A stretch of DNA of 64,000 nucleotides, taken from NCBI RefSeq assembly GCF_009834535.1, contig NC_045697.1, forward strand, positions 38,566,001 to 38,630,000, written 5' to 3'. The stretch's first letter is position 1. The number at the start of each line of letters is the position of its first letter. Origin of the DNA: Camelus ferus (Eukaryota). Position numbers and translations under genes: made by a program. Shown one piece after another: positions 25,481 to 37,630 of the stretch. Below the pieces are notes generated by a model, which was not told the DNA's origin, searched no databases, and saw only the letters and a program-made list of their open reading frames with translations.

Positions 25481-26355
25481 CTAAAGACATTGCGACTGAA
25501 TCTTCCTCTTCTATGTATTGCTCTTTTTAATCTTCTTTTCTTTTGCCTCCATGTCCCTCTGCCTCCCTGGACCCTTTTCTTCTTAACTTTCTTTTGTTTA
25601 TTTCTCTCTTCTCTGTTTTCCATCTTTCTCTTTCCTCGGTTCCCCCTTATTCTTTGTATTATATTTGATTTTGAGTCTTGGCATGGTTAAATTCTTCTTA
25701 CAGAGAAGAAATCTTATAACTGGACTTACCATGCTCTATTAGGTAAGAATATTTAGGACTTTCTTTGAGCTCTTCATTGTGAAACTGAGGCAGGAATGAC
25801 AGGTCACTGCAGCAGGAGCCTGGTGTTGGAGTCTCTCTGATGGCTCTTAGACCTTTAGGGAGTAAGTAATTCAAAGTCAGAACATTAGTCATTGTAAAAT
25901 GATTCTTTGAGATATACTTGCGTAATACAGAGAAATCTCCATTTTTAGACAGATCTTATTCTTGGAAACCACATCTTAAAGCTCTTGTTGTGGGGCAAAA
26001 TCCTGACTATGGAAAGCAAGTGCTCTGACTGCTTATGAACTTTCTCCTTATCCATTTAGACATTGTTCACCATCATCAGAAAATAGAGTAAATGTGTGAG
26101 TGGGGCCCTGAAAGAAAATACTAGGCTTTATCAGATAACATTAAATGAACAAAATAGCAAAATATGAAGCTATAAGAAATGGGGCCTTCTTACCCACATA
26201 CAATCTTACATGAGAACACTGGGCTTTCTACCAAGGTTGGTATCTTATAAGGGCAGAAGCCATGTCTTAATTATCTTTGAATTTAAGACTATGACTGACC
26301 CAGAGGAGGCATATTGTAAATATTTGGTGATTTGGTGAACTAAACTAGACAGGAT

Positions 26356-26694
26356 AGCTGTGGTTTCAATGTTTATGTCCCCCCCAAATTCACTTGTTGA
26401 AATGTTCATGCCCAGTGTGATGGTATTAGGAGGTGGGGCCTCAGGGAGTTGATCAGTCACGAGGGCAGAACCTTCACGAATGGGATTAGAGCCTTTAGAG
26501 CAGGGAGTCCAGAGAGCTCCCTGGCCCCTTGGCCATGTGAAGATACCTGGAAGGGGGCCCTCACCCAAGCGTGCTCACACCCTGATCTCAGACTTCCAGC
26601 CTCCAGAACTATGAGAATCAAAGTTCTGTTGTTTATAGCCTCCCTCCAACCCAGTCTGTGGGATTTTGTTATAGCAGCTATGTGGACTAAGACA
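26356..26694 (+). mobile_element. MLT1A/A0-like MaLR solo LTR
   Basis: tgtggtttcaatgtttatgtccccccaaattca...ggtattaggaggtggggcct...tctcagacttccagcctccagaactatgaga...ttttgttatagcagc...ggactaagaca. Confidence 0.9.
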
Positions 26695-27067
26695 AAGACC
26701 AGCCCATTGGATAGGCACTTTTTTTTTTTTTGATCTAGGAATTTCGGCATGAGATTGGTGGTTGACCTAGATCACCTTCCAATCCTGGCATCCAGTGTAG
26801 GATGACTTCTGAGAATGAGAGAAGGAGAAAAGTAGATAAGAAAACTATGAAGTCAGTTTTCCCCGATTTTTTTGTTAGCTCAATTAACCTCCCTTCCTTG
26901 GTGGCCCCGGAGGGCTACCATGTAGCAAATCTCATTATGATGAGTCTGAGTCAGCAAAAAAAAAGGTTAAACTATATTTTCTATACTGTGTTGCTAATAG
27001 AAAATTATGAAAATCATATAAGAAAGGATTCTATTAAAAGTTGTAAAAATACTGTGAAAAATATACT

Positions 27068-27232
27068 TTTTTGTTTTATTTTGTTTTGGGGGAGGTAATT
27101 AGATTTATGTATTTATTTATTTATTCATTCATGCATGCATTCATTCATTTATTTAATGGAGGTACTGGGGATTGAACCCAGGACCCTGTGCATGCTAGGC
27201 ATGTGCTCTACCACTGAGCTGTATCCTCCTAC
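27068..27232 (-). mobile_element. Camelid tRNA-Ala-derived SINE (Vic-1 type)
   Basis: ggaggtaattag tail; ggaggtactggggattgaacccaggaccctgtgcatgctaggcatgtgctctaccactgagct. Confidence 0.92.
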
Positions 27233-27247
27233 GGAGAGGATACTTCT

Positions 27248-28055
27248 TCCTTTTTTTTTTTTTTAAGTTGAAATATAGTCAGTTATAATGTGTCAAATTC
27301 TGATGTACAGCACAATGTCCCACTCATGCATATATGTACATATATTCATTTTCATATTCTTTTTCATTAAAGGTTATTAGAGAGGAGGGAGATAGCTCAG
27401 TGGTAGAGTGCATGCCTAGCATGCACAGGGTCCTGGGTTCAATCTCCAGTACCTCCATTAAATAAATAAATAAACCTAATTACCTCCCCTCCACCCTCAA
27501 AAATGCAAACCAAAAAGAATTTTTTTTAAAAAAAAGGTTATTATAAGATATTGAATATAGTTCCCTGTGCTGTACAGAAGAAATTTGTTTTTTATCTACT
27601 TTTATATATAGATAAAATTTTAATATTTGCAAATCTCAAACTCTCAGATTTATCCCTTCCCACCCCCTTTCCCCTGGTAACCATAAGATTGTTTACTATG
27701 TCTGAGTCTATTTCTGTTTTGTAGATGAGTTCACTAGTGTCCTCTTTCTTCTTTTTCTTTCTTTCTTTCTTTTTTTTTTTTTAGATTCCATATATGAGTG
27801 TTTATCATATGGTATTTTTCTTTTTCTTTCTGGCTTACTTCACTTAGAATAGTGATCTCCATGTCCATCCATGTTGCTGCAAATGGCACTGTTTTATTTT
27901 TATCAGTGAATAGTATTCCATTGTATAAATATACCACAACTTCTTTATCCAGTCATCTGTCGATGGACATTTAAGTTGCTTCCATGTCTTGGCTATTGTA
28001 TATAGTGCTGCTATGAACATTGAGGTGCACGTATCTTTTCGAATTAGAATTCCCT
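27248..28055 (-). mobile_element. Young 5'-truncated L1 3' end with a nested SINE
   Basis: Poly-T, L1 3'UTR, and ORF2 C-terminal remnant in ORF 27734-27937 (PFAATWMDMEITILSEVSQKEKEKYHM); imperfect TSD gagaggatacttct / gagggtatacttct. Confidence 0.92.
27380..27532 (+). mobile_element. Camelid tRNA-Ala-derived SINE nested in L1
   Basis: tagctcagtggtagagtgcatgcctagcatgcacagggtcctgggttcaatc; TSD aaaggttatta at 27369-27379 and 27533-27543. Confidence 0.95.
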
Positions 28056-28460
28056 GAGGGTATACTTCTGTTAACTCAAAAAAATCTGCTACTTCTTTAT
28101 GGTTATATAAAGCAAGTTGTTGACATACTACTTCTACTGACTATTGTATAAACAACTCATTCTTTTTCTACCCTAACATTTCCAATGAACGTGAGCATTA
28201 GGGAATAATCCCGTAGTTAGACACAGTCCACCAGTGCTAGAAAACTTCAGGTCCAAGGCACAAGAGTGGGTAGAATAACCTCAGCTTCACAAACAGACAC
28301 AGTTGGACAGAGTGGTCAAGTGAGGGGGTCAGAGACCAGAGTGATGGATTGTAAGGAAGGAAAGTTTCTGACCTTTCTAAATCTGCTGACAGCGTCTGGA
28401 TCTCCTTTGCCAAAAATTGCTTTGTGATTCCTTATTAAAAAACAGAAGCAGATTTTACAG

Positions 28461-28650
28461 CAGAGGTCGGCAAACTTCCATCCAGGACCAGATGGAAAAT
28501 CTGTTAAGCTGCAGCTCCTCAGCTCCATCCTCTTCGTGCATAAATAGCCAAAGGCAGTGCTCAAACATATGGGTGTGGCTGTGTCCCAATAAAACTTTAC
28601 TTACAGAAGCAGTGTAGGCTGGACCTTGTTGTAGAGAATTACCTGGGTGT
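28461..28650 (+). mobile_element. MER58A hAT-Charlie DNA transposon
   Basis: Start cagaggtcggcaaactt; hallmark gggtgtggctgtgtcccaataaaactttacttacagaagcag. Confidence 0.8.
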
Positions 28651-29044
28651 TTGAAATGAATGCTACTGCCCATGATCAGCAGCAGGTGTGTCCTCTATCA
28701 TACAGACTGTGTAACAGCAGGATGCAGCCCACCAATAGTCTACTGCATCACCTTCTCTCTTTCTCCTTTTCTCTCTTCCTCTCCTACTCTCTCTTAGTAG
28801 CTACTTAACCTCCACCTGTAGTTCAGTCCTGACCCATATTTATGGAGCATCAAGTCAGCCTTGCTGCTTGTTCTGCTTCACTGTGTATCCAGTTCCAGGT
28901 CTTGGATCCCTGCCTTGGAGGCCTCCTGGTACCCCAGTTCTGTTAAGACTGAAATTCTGTCTTGTCCTCCTAACCTCAGTCATTGCAGTGACTATGTCCT
29001 CATACAACGCTCGGCATTTTATTGAAACAAAACCAGAAATCATT

Positions 29045-29530
29045 GACTTCTATTTATTGAGTGCCTGCCCTGTGCTAGGCACTGGTACATGTTCATGAGT
29101 AAACGCTATGATACCACCTTGTACAGCCAAAGGATTTGGTCTTTAGCAGAAACAGGACTTCAGCATGTTAAACAATTAGATATAAAATAATTTAACGGTG
29201 TAACAAATGATTTAACAACTGTGGCTTACTACTAATTATATTGAATATAATGAATTGCCAAAATGTGTGATTCAGATGTAAATTGCTTTTGGTGGAAGAT
29301 TATATCTACTAGACACTTATGCTGGGCCTTAAAGGCTGTGTAGAGTTTGGTGAAATGAAGAAAGGAGGACATTCAGGGAGGGTGTTGTTATGAGCAAGCA
29401 GCTAGAGGGTGTGGGAGAGAAGTGGAGAGAAGGTTAGACGAGGAAGGTCCTGGATGGGGAGGGACTGGAAAGCCATGCTGAGGCTGAGGAGTTTATCAAG
29501 AGGACAGTGGAGAACATCTGATGGTGTTTA
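29045..29530 (-). mobile_element. L2 fragments
   Basis: tatttattgagtgcctgccctgtgctaggcactgg; gctgggccttaaaggctgtgtagagttt; aagccatgctgagg. Confidence 0.65.
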
Positions 29531-29559
29531 ATGTAGTTTAGTGTAAAGTAGTTACGGAA

Positions 29560-29770
29560 GAATGATGGACTCAACACCAGAAGTTCAAGGTGCCTGTTTC
29601 AGCTCTGCCATTTATTAACTCTGAGACTTTAGAGTCATCACTTACCATCCTGAAGCCTAAGTTTCCTAGTCTGTTAAATGGCAAGTACATATTACAGCAA
29701 TGTTATGAGGGTAAAATGAAAAAAAATAGATGTGAGTATTTTGAACATCATAACGTTCTCAACAAATGCC
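29560..29770 (+). mobile_element. MIR
   Basis: cagctctgccatttattaactctgagactttagagtcatcacttaccatcctgaagcctaagtttcctagtctgttaaatgg. Confidence 0.75.
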
Positions 29771-30620
29771 AGAAGTTGCAATCATATTCTAAGAGTGCTG
29801 ATGTAAGAAGAGTGTACTTACAGGTCTGAGCAACAGAAATTTGTAATGAAGCGAGACATAGTTGACAAGCTTGTTTCAGTAGCACGTGAATCACGGAAGA
29901 GGACCTGTACTGTGCCGTGTATGGATTACCAATGGAGAAATAACTCAAACGCAGTAAAAAAAAATCCACAGTAAAACTTCATCGAATGTATACCCTGATG
30001 CTTCATTGCTGATGCACATTGCCACCTCGTAATCATCATTATAAGCTCCAATCCTAAAAGTTCTCTGTGCTATCTTCTAAAGAAAGGGAAGATTGCCCTT
30101 TCATAAACTCAACTAGAAGACATACACTAGAATTCAGGAGCTTATTTTCATTGCTTCCATTGATGTCTCTGCTCTGCAGTTTTTCTGTAGGTGTGTTATT
30201 CGATCTCTCCAGTACTCACCTTCTTTATTGATGGAAAAACAACTAACAGGAGCAAAACTTGGAGCAGACGTTACTGCCTAGCAATAAAAATATCTTTTGG
30301 AAAAAAAAGAAAAACATGCCCTCGTGTTTGCCCCTGCACTGTAGGGCTTACTGCTTATTATTTCTTTGTGTCGTTTATCTTCCCTTTAAAGCTTGAAAAT
30401 AGTCCACTTCCCTGCCCATCTGTTCACCACATTAATTGCTCTGGGCTGGAAGGAGTTTCTTCAATATAGGTCTTCCTGCTTTTGGTTTTAAATCCATTAT
30501 ATAACCCCAGCTGCTTTATTATTTAACTTCCATCCTCTTCTTACTGGTCTTGGGAAATGTCCTTGGTGCCGCGGGGCAGGTTAGGTATGGAGACTGAAAT
30601 GAGCCTTTTAGCTCCTTTGT

Positions 30621-30701
30621 AATACATATGCATGACGAGGACATTGTGCTGTACCCCAGAAACTGACACGCTGTAACTGACTGTACTTCAATTTTAAAAA
30701 A
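30621..30701 (+). mobile_element. Very short young L1 3' terminus
   Basis: Reverse complement of the 3' terminus of the L1 at about 27260-27340 (gacattgtgctgtaccccagaaactgacac...actgactgtacttcaatt + A tail). Confidence 0.8.
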
Positions 30702-30989
30702 TGCATTGCTTTTCCTATATATAATCTACTTGGAGTGGTGAATAGCAGGTATATATCAACTGTTTGATTAAAAAATATATTCTGAGCACTGCTGTCTCTG
30801 CTGGCCTGGATGGAGACCCAGAGGCATAAAGCATTGCTCGTATGACTGGAGAGTGTAGAGCCACTTGAAAAGCAGTGGTGTGTTGAAAAGGATTAGGCTC
30901 CAAGTCAGAAGATCTGCAGCTGTCTTGCTTATGGTCTTGTTTCGTCCTCTTTTTCTAGAAAATGAATGGATTGAATTGGATCAATGTTT

Positions 30990-31218
30990 TTGTTTTTTAA
31001 TTGTTTTGTTTTTTAATTAAACAAAGTTTTAATTTGTTTTTTAATTTTGTTTTTTAATTGATTTACAATGTTGTATTAGTTTCTGGTGTACAACATAGTG
31101 ATTCAGTTATACAAATATAATATACACACATATGTATTCCTTTTCATATTCTTTTTCATTGTAGATTATTACAAGATACTGAATATAGTTCCCTGTGCTG
31201 TACAGTAGGACCTTGTTG
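30990..31218 (-). mobile_element. 5'-truncated cetartiodactyl-type L1 3' end
   Basis: ttgatttacaatgttgtattagtttctggtgtacaacatagtgattcagttata...gaatatagttccctgtgctgtacagtaggaccttgttg; flanks tggatcaatgttt / tggatcagtcgttt. Confidence 0.9.
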
Positions 31219-31930
31219 TGGATCAGTCGTTTCAAACAGTCTCTCTCAAAGAGACTTGATGCTTAGCACCTTTTGCCTTAGAGGGGTGTGCAAATAGGGC
31301 TTCTTCCAAATGCTCCACTTTTATATTTGATTTTCATATAATTTCAAATAAACTGTTCCACAGCTAAAATATTTGAAAGCAAGTGACCAAATGAGTCCTA
31401 ACATCTCTTCCAATTCTGATTTTCTGTGAGCCTAGGACCTTGCAACAAAATATAAGAAATATAGAAACATGTGCTAAGTATGTGACAGAATTCTCTATCA
31501 GTCATTCAGCTTTCACTAAATTCCTTGCAGATTGGAGAATAGCTTCTGGACATCATACTGTCTTCAGTTAGGTTTTCTATGGATTCCAATCAAGTCGTAT
31601 GTGAAATTTTACATGGCTGGTAGTCCTAGAAAATACAGAAAAGTAGAAAAAATTGCTAATAAGTCCTACATTTAATAAAGACAGTCATTCTGACATTTCT
31701 GATTTATTTTCCTTCCAGGTTATTTTCCTGTATACCATGATATTTTAACATAGTTTTGAGTATATAGACATACACGGTTTATATCCTGGCTCTCTAGTTA
31801 ATCTTAGAGCAAGAATGCTTTCCTAAGGGCTACAAGGCAAAAGCCAGTGTATAACCAACACTTGCACAGTGCCTGGCCAATAGGAGATGCTCAACAAATA
31901 GTAACTAATCAGATTATTTACATTAATCCC

Positions 31931-32108
31931 GGGGTGGGGGTATAGCTCAGTGGCAAAGTGTGTGCTTAGCATGCACGAGGTCCTGGGTTCAACCCCCGGT
32001 ACCTCCATTAAAATAAATAAGTAAAATAAATAAACTTAATTACCTCTTCCCAAAACAAAAAAACAAACAAAAAATAAATAAAATATTTTAAAAATAATAA
32101 TTAAATAA
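31931..32108 (+). mobile_element. Camelid tRNA-Ala-derived SINE (Vic-1 type)
   Basis: gggtatagctcagtggcaaagtgtgtgcttagcatgcacgaggtcctgggttcaacccc; TSD attaatccc at 31922-31930 and 32109-32117. Confidence 0.95.
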
Positions 32109-32174
32109 ATTAATCCCAAGCAAATGTACAAGTTATATTTCTGCATATTGTGTGATATTAAAAGCTCCGGTTGC

Positions 32175-32660
32175 CTATTTTTCAAAGCTGAATATATGCA
32201 CACCATAAGGTCCAGCAGCTCCACTCCCGAGTGAATACCCAGCAGAAACATATACGTATATTCACTGAAAGGTAAGTTTTAGAATGTTATAGGAGGAGTC
32301 CTAATAATAGCCCTAAACTAGAAACTACCCAGCTGCCTATGAACATACATTGAGATAAATATGTGGATTCACACAAGGAATACAAAACAGCAGTGATAAT
32401 GAACAGTCCACAACTGGACACAAAGCCAGACACAAAAGAGTACATGCTAAGTGATTCCATTTAAAAATGCAGGAAAAACCAGTCTGTGCTATTAGAAGCC
32501 AGTTCAGGGAGCATGGGGAGGACTTCTGGATGCTGGCACTGCTGAATTTCTTGACCTGGGTGCTACATGATTGTGTCAGCTTGCAAAACCTCATCAAGCT
32601 GTATGCTTAAGATAGATGTACTTTCTACGTGTATATTATACTTCAGTTTAAAATATTGAA
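32175..32660 (+). mobile_element. L1ME-like 3' end
   Basis: agccctaaactagaaactaccca...aagccagacacaaaagagtacatgc...atttcttgacctgggtg...tcatcaagctgtatgcttaagat...gtatattatacttca. Confidence 0.8.
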
Positions 32661-32779
32661 GGAACCCCTGCAGTTTTCTAAATTATAGGTGATCCAATAC
32701 AATAGTAAAGCACTGTTAAGTACTTTTAAGGATTTGATCCTATTCCACTTAAAAAAGTAGGATTGAATCTCTTCTGCAT

Positions 32780-32990
32780 CTGTTTATTAAGGCACCCCCT
32801 GGATATGCTCTGATATCACTCTGTAGTTCCCCATTGCAGCACTTATCACACTATATTATAATTGTCTATTTTTCTTTTCTCCCCAGCAGACCTTAAGCTT
32901 CCTGGGTCAGGAACATGGTCTAGCTTGCTCACTGTCATATCCTCAGCACCTGGTCGGTACGCAAGTGCTTGTTAAGTGAATGGAATGTGT
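32780..32990 (+). mobile_element. L2 3' end
   Basis: gcagcacttatcacactatattataattgtc...gaccttaagcttcctgggtcaggaacatggtc...tgcttgttaagtgaatg. Confidence 0.7.
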
Positions 32991-34059
32991 AGTCCATACA
33001 AGGAAGATGTGTGAATAGGGGCACTGTCCCAGGCTCCTGGTGGTTATTCTGGTGTTTTATTTATGATGTTCTGTCAAGTTGATACCCTCATCCTGAGTTT
33101 GCACACATTTTATACAGGGGAAAACTGCAGATGAAGGAATGTACTCTAAATCACTTAAAAATAGTGCTGCAAGAACTACAGTTGGAATCATATCAGATCA
33201 ACACTTTATTCTGTCCTTTGAGAGTCTTTTATATTTTGAATCAGATCATCCACTAATTATACATAACTGGATTACATAATCTGCCTTTTAATTGGTATGG
33301 TCCCTTTATCAGTTAATTTAAAATCTATTTAAAAATATGTAGAGAAAAAACGGGATAAAAAGAAAAATATACTCCATATACACAGGCGAAAAACAATTAG
33401 TGAATAATAATATTGTATGCTGGGATTAGAAGACCATCAGTGGCATCTCATAAGAGGCCCTATCAAGCCTCTACCAATGCTTTATAAAGGACAACAGTAA
33501 CGTATATAACTGCATTGTATGTTAAGATGATAAAGTGCCAAATTACTCAATACAAATAAAAATACATAATAGAGTGCTAATTTTGTGCTATACAGATTTG
33601 ATGCAATAGGGGCTAGAAGAAGGAATAAAAATGGCTAATAAGTAAAACAATAAAAATTTCAAGCTCATTAATAAATAAATAATTGCAAATAAATGAAGAG
33701 TGAACATTTTCATCTACATGTCAGCAGCTTGGTTCACGTGGATGAATTATGATATGGTATAGATACACACAGACCCTCTTAACAATTGGCATCTTTCTGG
33801 AGTAAAATTTACCATTGTGTAAAAAATATTAAAATCTGCCTATTCTTTGACCTAGCTATTTAGTTTTTCAGACTTTACATTCAAGCAGCTATACAGTTGA
33901 TCCTCCAATGATTAATTCACTAAAGAGCATGTATTGAATACACACTGTGCATCATAAAAGAATACTTATGGTGAATAATTGTATTTATGGCAGTTATGGT
34001 AAGTTTATAAGCGTGGAGAAAAATGAAAACAACACATCTCCAACAGTAGAGGCATATGT

Positions 34060-35840
34060 AATCCCTCCTTCCTGCCCCTTCCTCCATTCCCATTCCTATT
34101 CCTGTTGCCCAACTCCCACCTCCAGGCAACCTCTAATCTGCTTTCTGTCCTATTATATGAGTTTACATTTTCTAGAATTTTATATAACAGAACTGTGCAG
34201 TATGTTCATTCTCCTTTTTGTCTGGCTTCTTAACTCAGTGTAATTATTTTGAACAACTCAGATTCATCTATGTTATAGCATGTATAAATACTTCATTCCT
34301 TTTCATTGTCAAGTAGTTTTCCATTGTATGGGCTATTTGTTTATCTGTTCACTTGTTGATGGACTTTTAGGTTGGGGCTGCTGTGATTAAATGTTCTAGT
34401 GTAAGTCTTTCATTTCTCTTGGGTTTATTTTCACTTCTCTTGGGGAAATTCCCAGGAGTGAAATGGCTGATCATATGGTAGATGTATGCTTAACTGCTTA
34501 TCTTTTAAAGAAATTGCTGAAATGTTTTCCAAAGTTGTATTCTCACTAGCAGTATATGAGTCACAGTTCCTCCATATCTTTGCCAACAATTGGTATGTTC
34601 AAACCTTTTAATTTTAGTTGATATAGTAGGTGTGTAGCAGTACCTCACTGTGGCTTAAAATAGGCATATCTCTAATAACTAATTTTGTTGAATTTTTTTT
34701 CATGTGCTTAGTTACCATTGTATATTTATTTTGGTAAAGTGACTGTTCAGACGTTTTCCCATTTTTTGATTGGGTAACTTGTTATCTTATTATTTAGTTG
34801 CAAGAATTGTTTATATATTTTGGACTCAAGTTTGTTTACGAGATGTATGATGTGGACATATTTTCTTCCAGTCAGTGGCTTATCATTTTATTCTCTTAAT
34901 GGTGTCTTTTGAAGAACAGTTTTTAGTTTTGATCAGGTCCAGTTTATCAGTTTGCTCTTTTATATAGATCATGCTTTTGATGTCATGTCTAAGACATGAC
35001 CTGAATGGCTATATCACATGTCTGTGACATCTTTGCTTAATCCAAGTTCTCAAAGGTTTTCTCCTATGTTTTCTTCTAGAAGCTTTATAGTTTTAGGTTT
35101 TATAGTTAGGTCCATATTCCATTTTTGGTTCATTTTCGTGTATGGTGTGAGATGTGGATCAAAATTTTTCTCTTTTGCATAATGAATATCCAAGTTTCTA
35201 GCACCATTTGTTGAAAAGACTAACATTTTTTCACTAAATTGCTCTTAAACTTTTGTCAAAAATCAATTGTAATTGTTAACATGGGCTGGACTCTATTCTG
35301 TTTTTTTTTTAAATCTTTTTTTTATCTTTTTGTTTATTTTTTATCTCTTTATGCTGATACCACACTGTCTTGATTACTGCACCTTTATAATTCTTGAAAT
35401 CAGGCGGTATTAATTCTCCAATTTTATTCATCTTTAGATTCTTTGCAATTCCATATGAATTTTAGAATCAGTCAATTTCAACAAAAAAATCTAATGAGAA
35501 TTTGACTGGGATTGTGTTGAATCTATAGGCCAGTTTGGGGAGGAACTGAATTGGGTCTTCCAATCCATAGATATGGTATATCTTACCAGTTGCTTAGGTC
35601 ATCTTTAATTTCTCTTATCAATGTTTGTAGTTTTTCTGTATATAGGTTTTTCACATCTTTTGTCAGATTGATCTTAAGAATGTTATATTTTATAGGTTGT
35701 ATTATTTCCTAATTTTAACTTCCTATTGTTGCTATCATATAGAAATATAATCAATTTTAATATATTGATCTTGTATGCTGCCATCTTGTTAGACTCATTT
35801 ACTAGTTCTAGTAACTTATTTGTAGATTCCATAATTTTTC
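34060..35840 (-). mobile_element. L1MC/MB-like LINE-1 fragment (about 1.8 kb, 3'UTR plus ORF2 end)
   Basis: Continuous antisense L1 motifs: ggcaacctctaatctgctttctgtc, cccaggagtgaaatggctg, ctagcaccatttgttgaaaagact, ttccatatgaattttagaatcag, gggattgtgttgaatctatagg. Confidence 0.9.
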
Positions 35841-35844
35841 ACAA

Positions 35845-36330
35845 GTTTTATTGAAGTATAATTTACATACTAGAAAGTTCACTCTTTTAAAGTGTGCAAT
35901 TCAGTGTTTCTTAGTACATTTAAAATGTCATGCAGCCATTACTGCTATCTAATTTTAGGAACATCTTCATTACCCAGAAAACAAATCAATACCTGTTAGC
36001 CATCACTCCCCAATCCTCCCCTCCCAATAGCTTCTGGCTGTTTTGGTCCTCTACTCTTGTCTTTTCCAGAATGTCACATAAATGGGATAATACAATATGT
36101 GGCCTTTTATCACTGGCTTATTTCACTTAACATGTTTTAAGGCTCATCCATATTTTGTAGCATGAATAAGTACTTCATTCCTTTTCGTGGCTGAATAATA
36201 TTGAATTGTATGAAAATATACCACATTTTGTTTATTCGTTCATCAGTTGATGGACTTTGGATTGGTTCTACCTTTAAACTGTTATCCATAATGCTGCTGT
36301 GAACATTTGTATACAAGTTTTTGTGTGGCG
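35845..36330 (-). mobile_element. L1MB-like 3' end
   Basis: ttttattgaagtataatttacatac...aagtgtgcaattcagtg...gtacttcattccttttcgtggctgaataatatt...ataatgctgctgtgaacatttgtatacaagtttttgtgtgg. Confidence 0.9.
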
Positions 36331-36899
36331 ATTCTGCAGATTTTAAACTCGGTTTGTTACAATAAAAGTGTTATTTTTGTATAAAGGGAAAATAGTGGGA
36401 AAAAAGGATTAGAGAAGAAGTGATCATGGTGAGATAGTATTGTCACTAAAGATTCAATTAAGAAATAGGCCTTATCGGATGGGTCAGGTTGTATAAAAAC
36501 ATAAAGTTGGGTGGTGGGGGTTATTTCAGATGATAGGAGAGCATGAGGAAAGGAAAAAAGACTGTCTGGAGCCAAGGTTTGGTGCCAGGAAGTGGTAGAA
36601 AATAAAGATTATAAGCAGATCAAGGGTGAATGACAGAGGGTCTTAAATGGCAAGCAGAGGTGTAGGAAGGGGCAGTAGGAAGACTATGATCTTTAATCCA
36701 AAGAGTAGTATAATAAATGTGATGCTTTAAGGATATTTACCTATAGCAGTATGTAGAATGTATTAAAATGTGGAGAGTTTGCGAGAGGAATACCAGCAAG
36801 AAGGCAACTGTAACAGATTCATAAGGTGACTAGTGAAAGTGAAAAGGAAGGAATAAGTGCAAGTAACACTGCCTGCATTGTGGTAGAGGGGCCACCCCA

Positions 36900-37630
36900 A
36901 CAACTTTTTTGAAGAAACAGAAAAATCCACCCTAAAATTCATATGGAATATCAAGAGACTCGAAATAGCCAAAACAATCTTTGAAAAGAACAAAGTTGGA
37001 GTTCTCACACTTGCTGATTCCAGAACTTACTACAAAGCTACAGTAATCAAAACTGTGTGGTACTGCCATGGAGACAGATTTATAGACAAGCCCTCACATA
37101 AGTGGTCAGATGATTTTTAACGGAGGGGAAAGGACATTCAATGGGGAGAGGACAATCTTTCCAAGCAAATGGTGTAGGAAGACGAGATATCCACATGCAA
37201 AAATGAAGTTGGACATTACCTCACAGCATTGACAGATGAATGGATGAACAAAATTTGGGATATACATATAATGGTATGTTACTTAGTCTTTAAAAGGAAG
37301 AAAATTCTGACGCATGCTGCAATGTGAATGAACCTTGAAAACATTAAGTGAAAGAAGCCAGCCATAAAAGGACAAATATGGTATGACTCCACTTACTTGA
37401 TACACCTAGAATAGTCAAATTCCTAAAGACAGGAAGAATGGTGGTTGCCAGGACCTAGGGGTGGGGGGAGTAGGGAGTTACAGTTTAAAGGGTACAGAGT
37501 TTCAGTTTGAGATGAGAAGAAGTTCTGGAGGTGGATGGTGGGGAATGTATTTAGTGCCACTAAACTGTACACTTAGAAATGGGGTTAAAATGGTGAGTTT
37601 TATGTTAGTATATTTCACCACAATAAAAAA
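36900..37630 (+). mobile_element. L1MB-like fragment: ORF2 remnant joined to the 3'UTR
   Basis: Translates as [53 protein letters not shown] (L1 ORF2p post-RT region), then jumps near 37228 to the 3' end ending accacaataaaaaa. Confidence 0.9.

Noticed and set aside
29824..29973. Possible terminal exon SEQQKFVMKRDIVDKLVSVARESRKR
   Set aside because: Weak pyrimidine tract, no recognisable homology, no clear polyA signal linkage
31931..32007. tRNA-Ala(AGC) gene-like sequence here and at eight other loci
   Set aside because: Each has stem mismatches, an AT-rich SINE tail and usually a TSD; these are tRNA-derived SINEs, not tRNA genes
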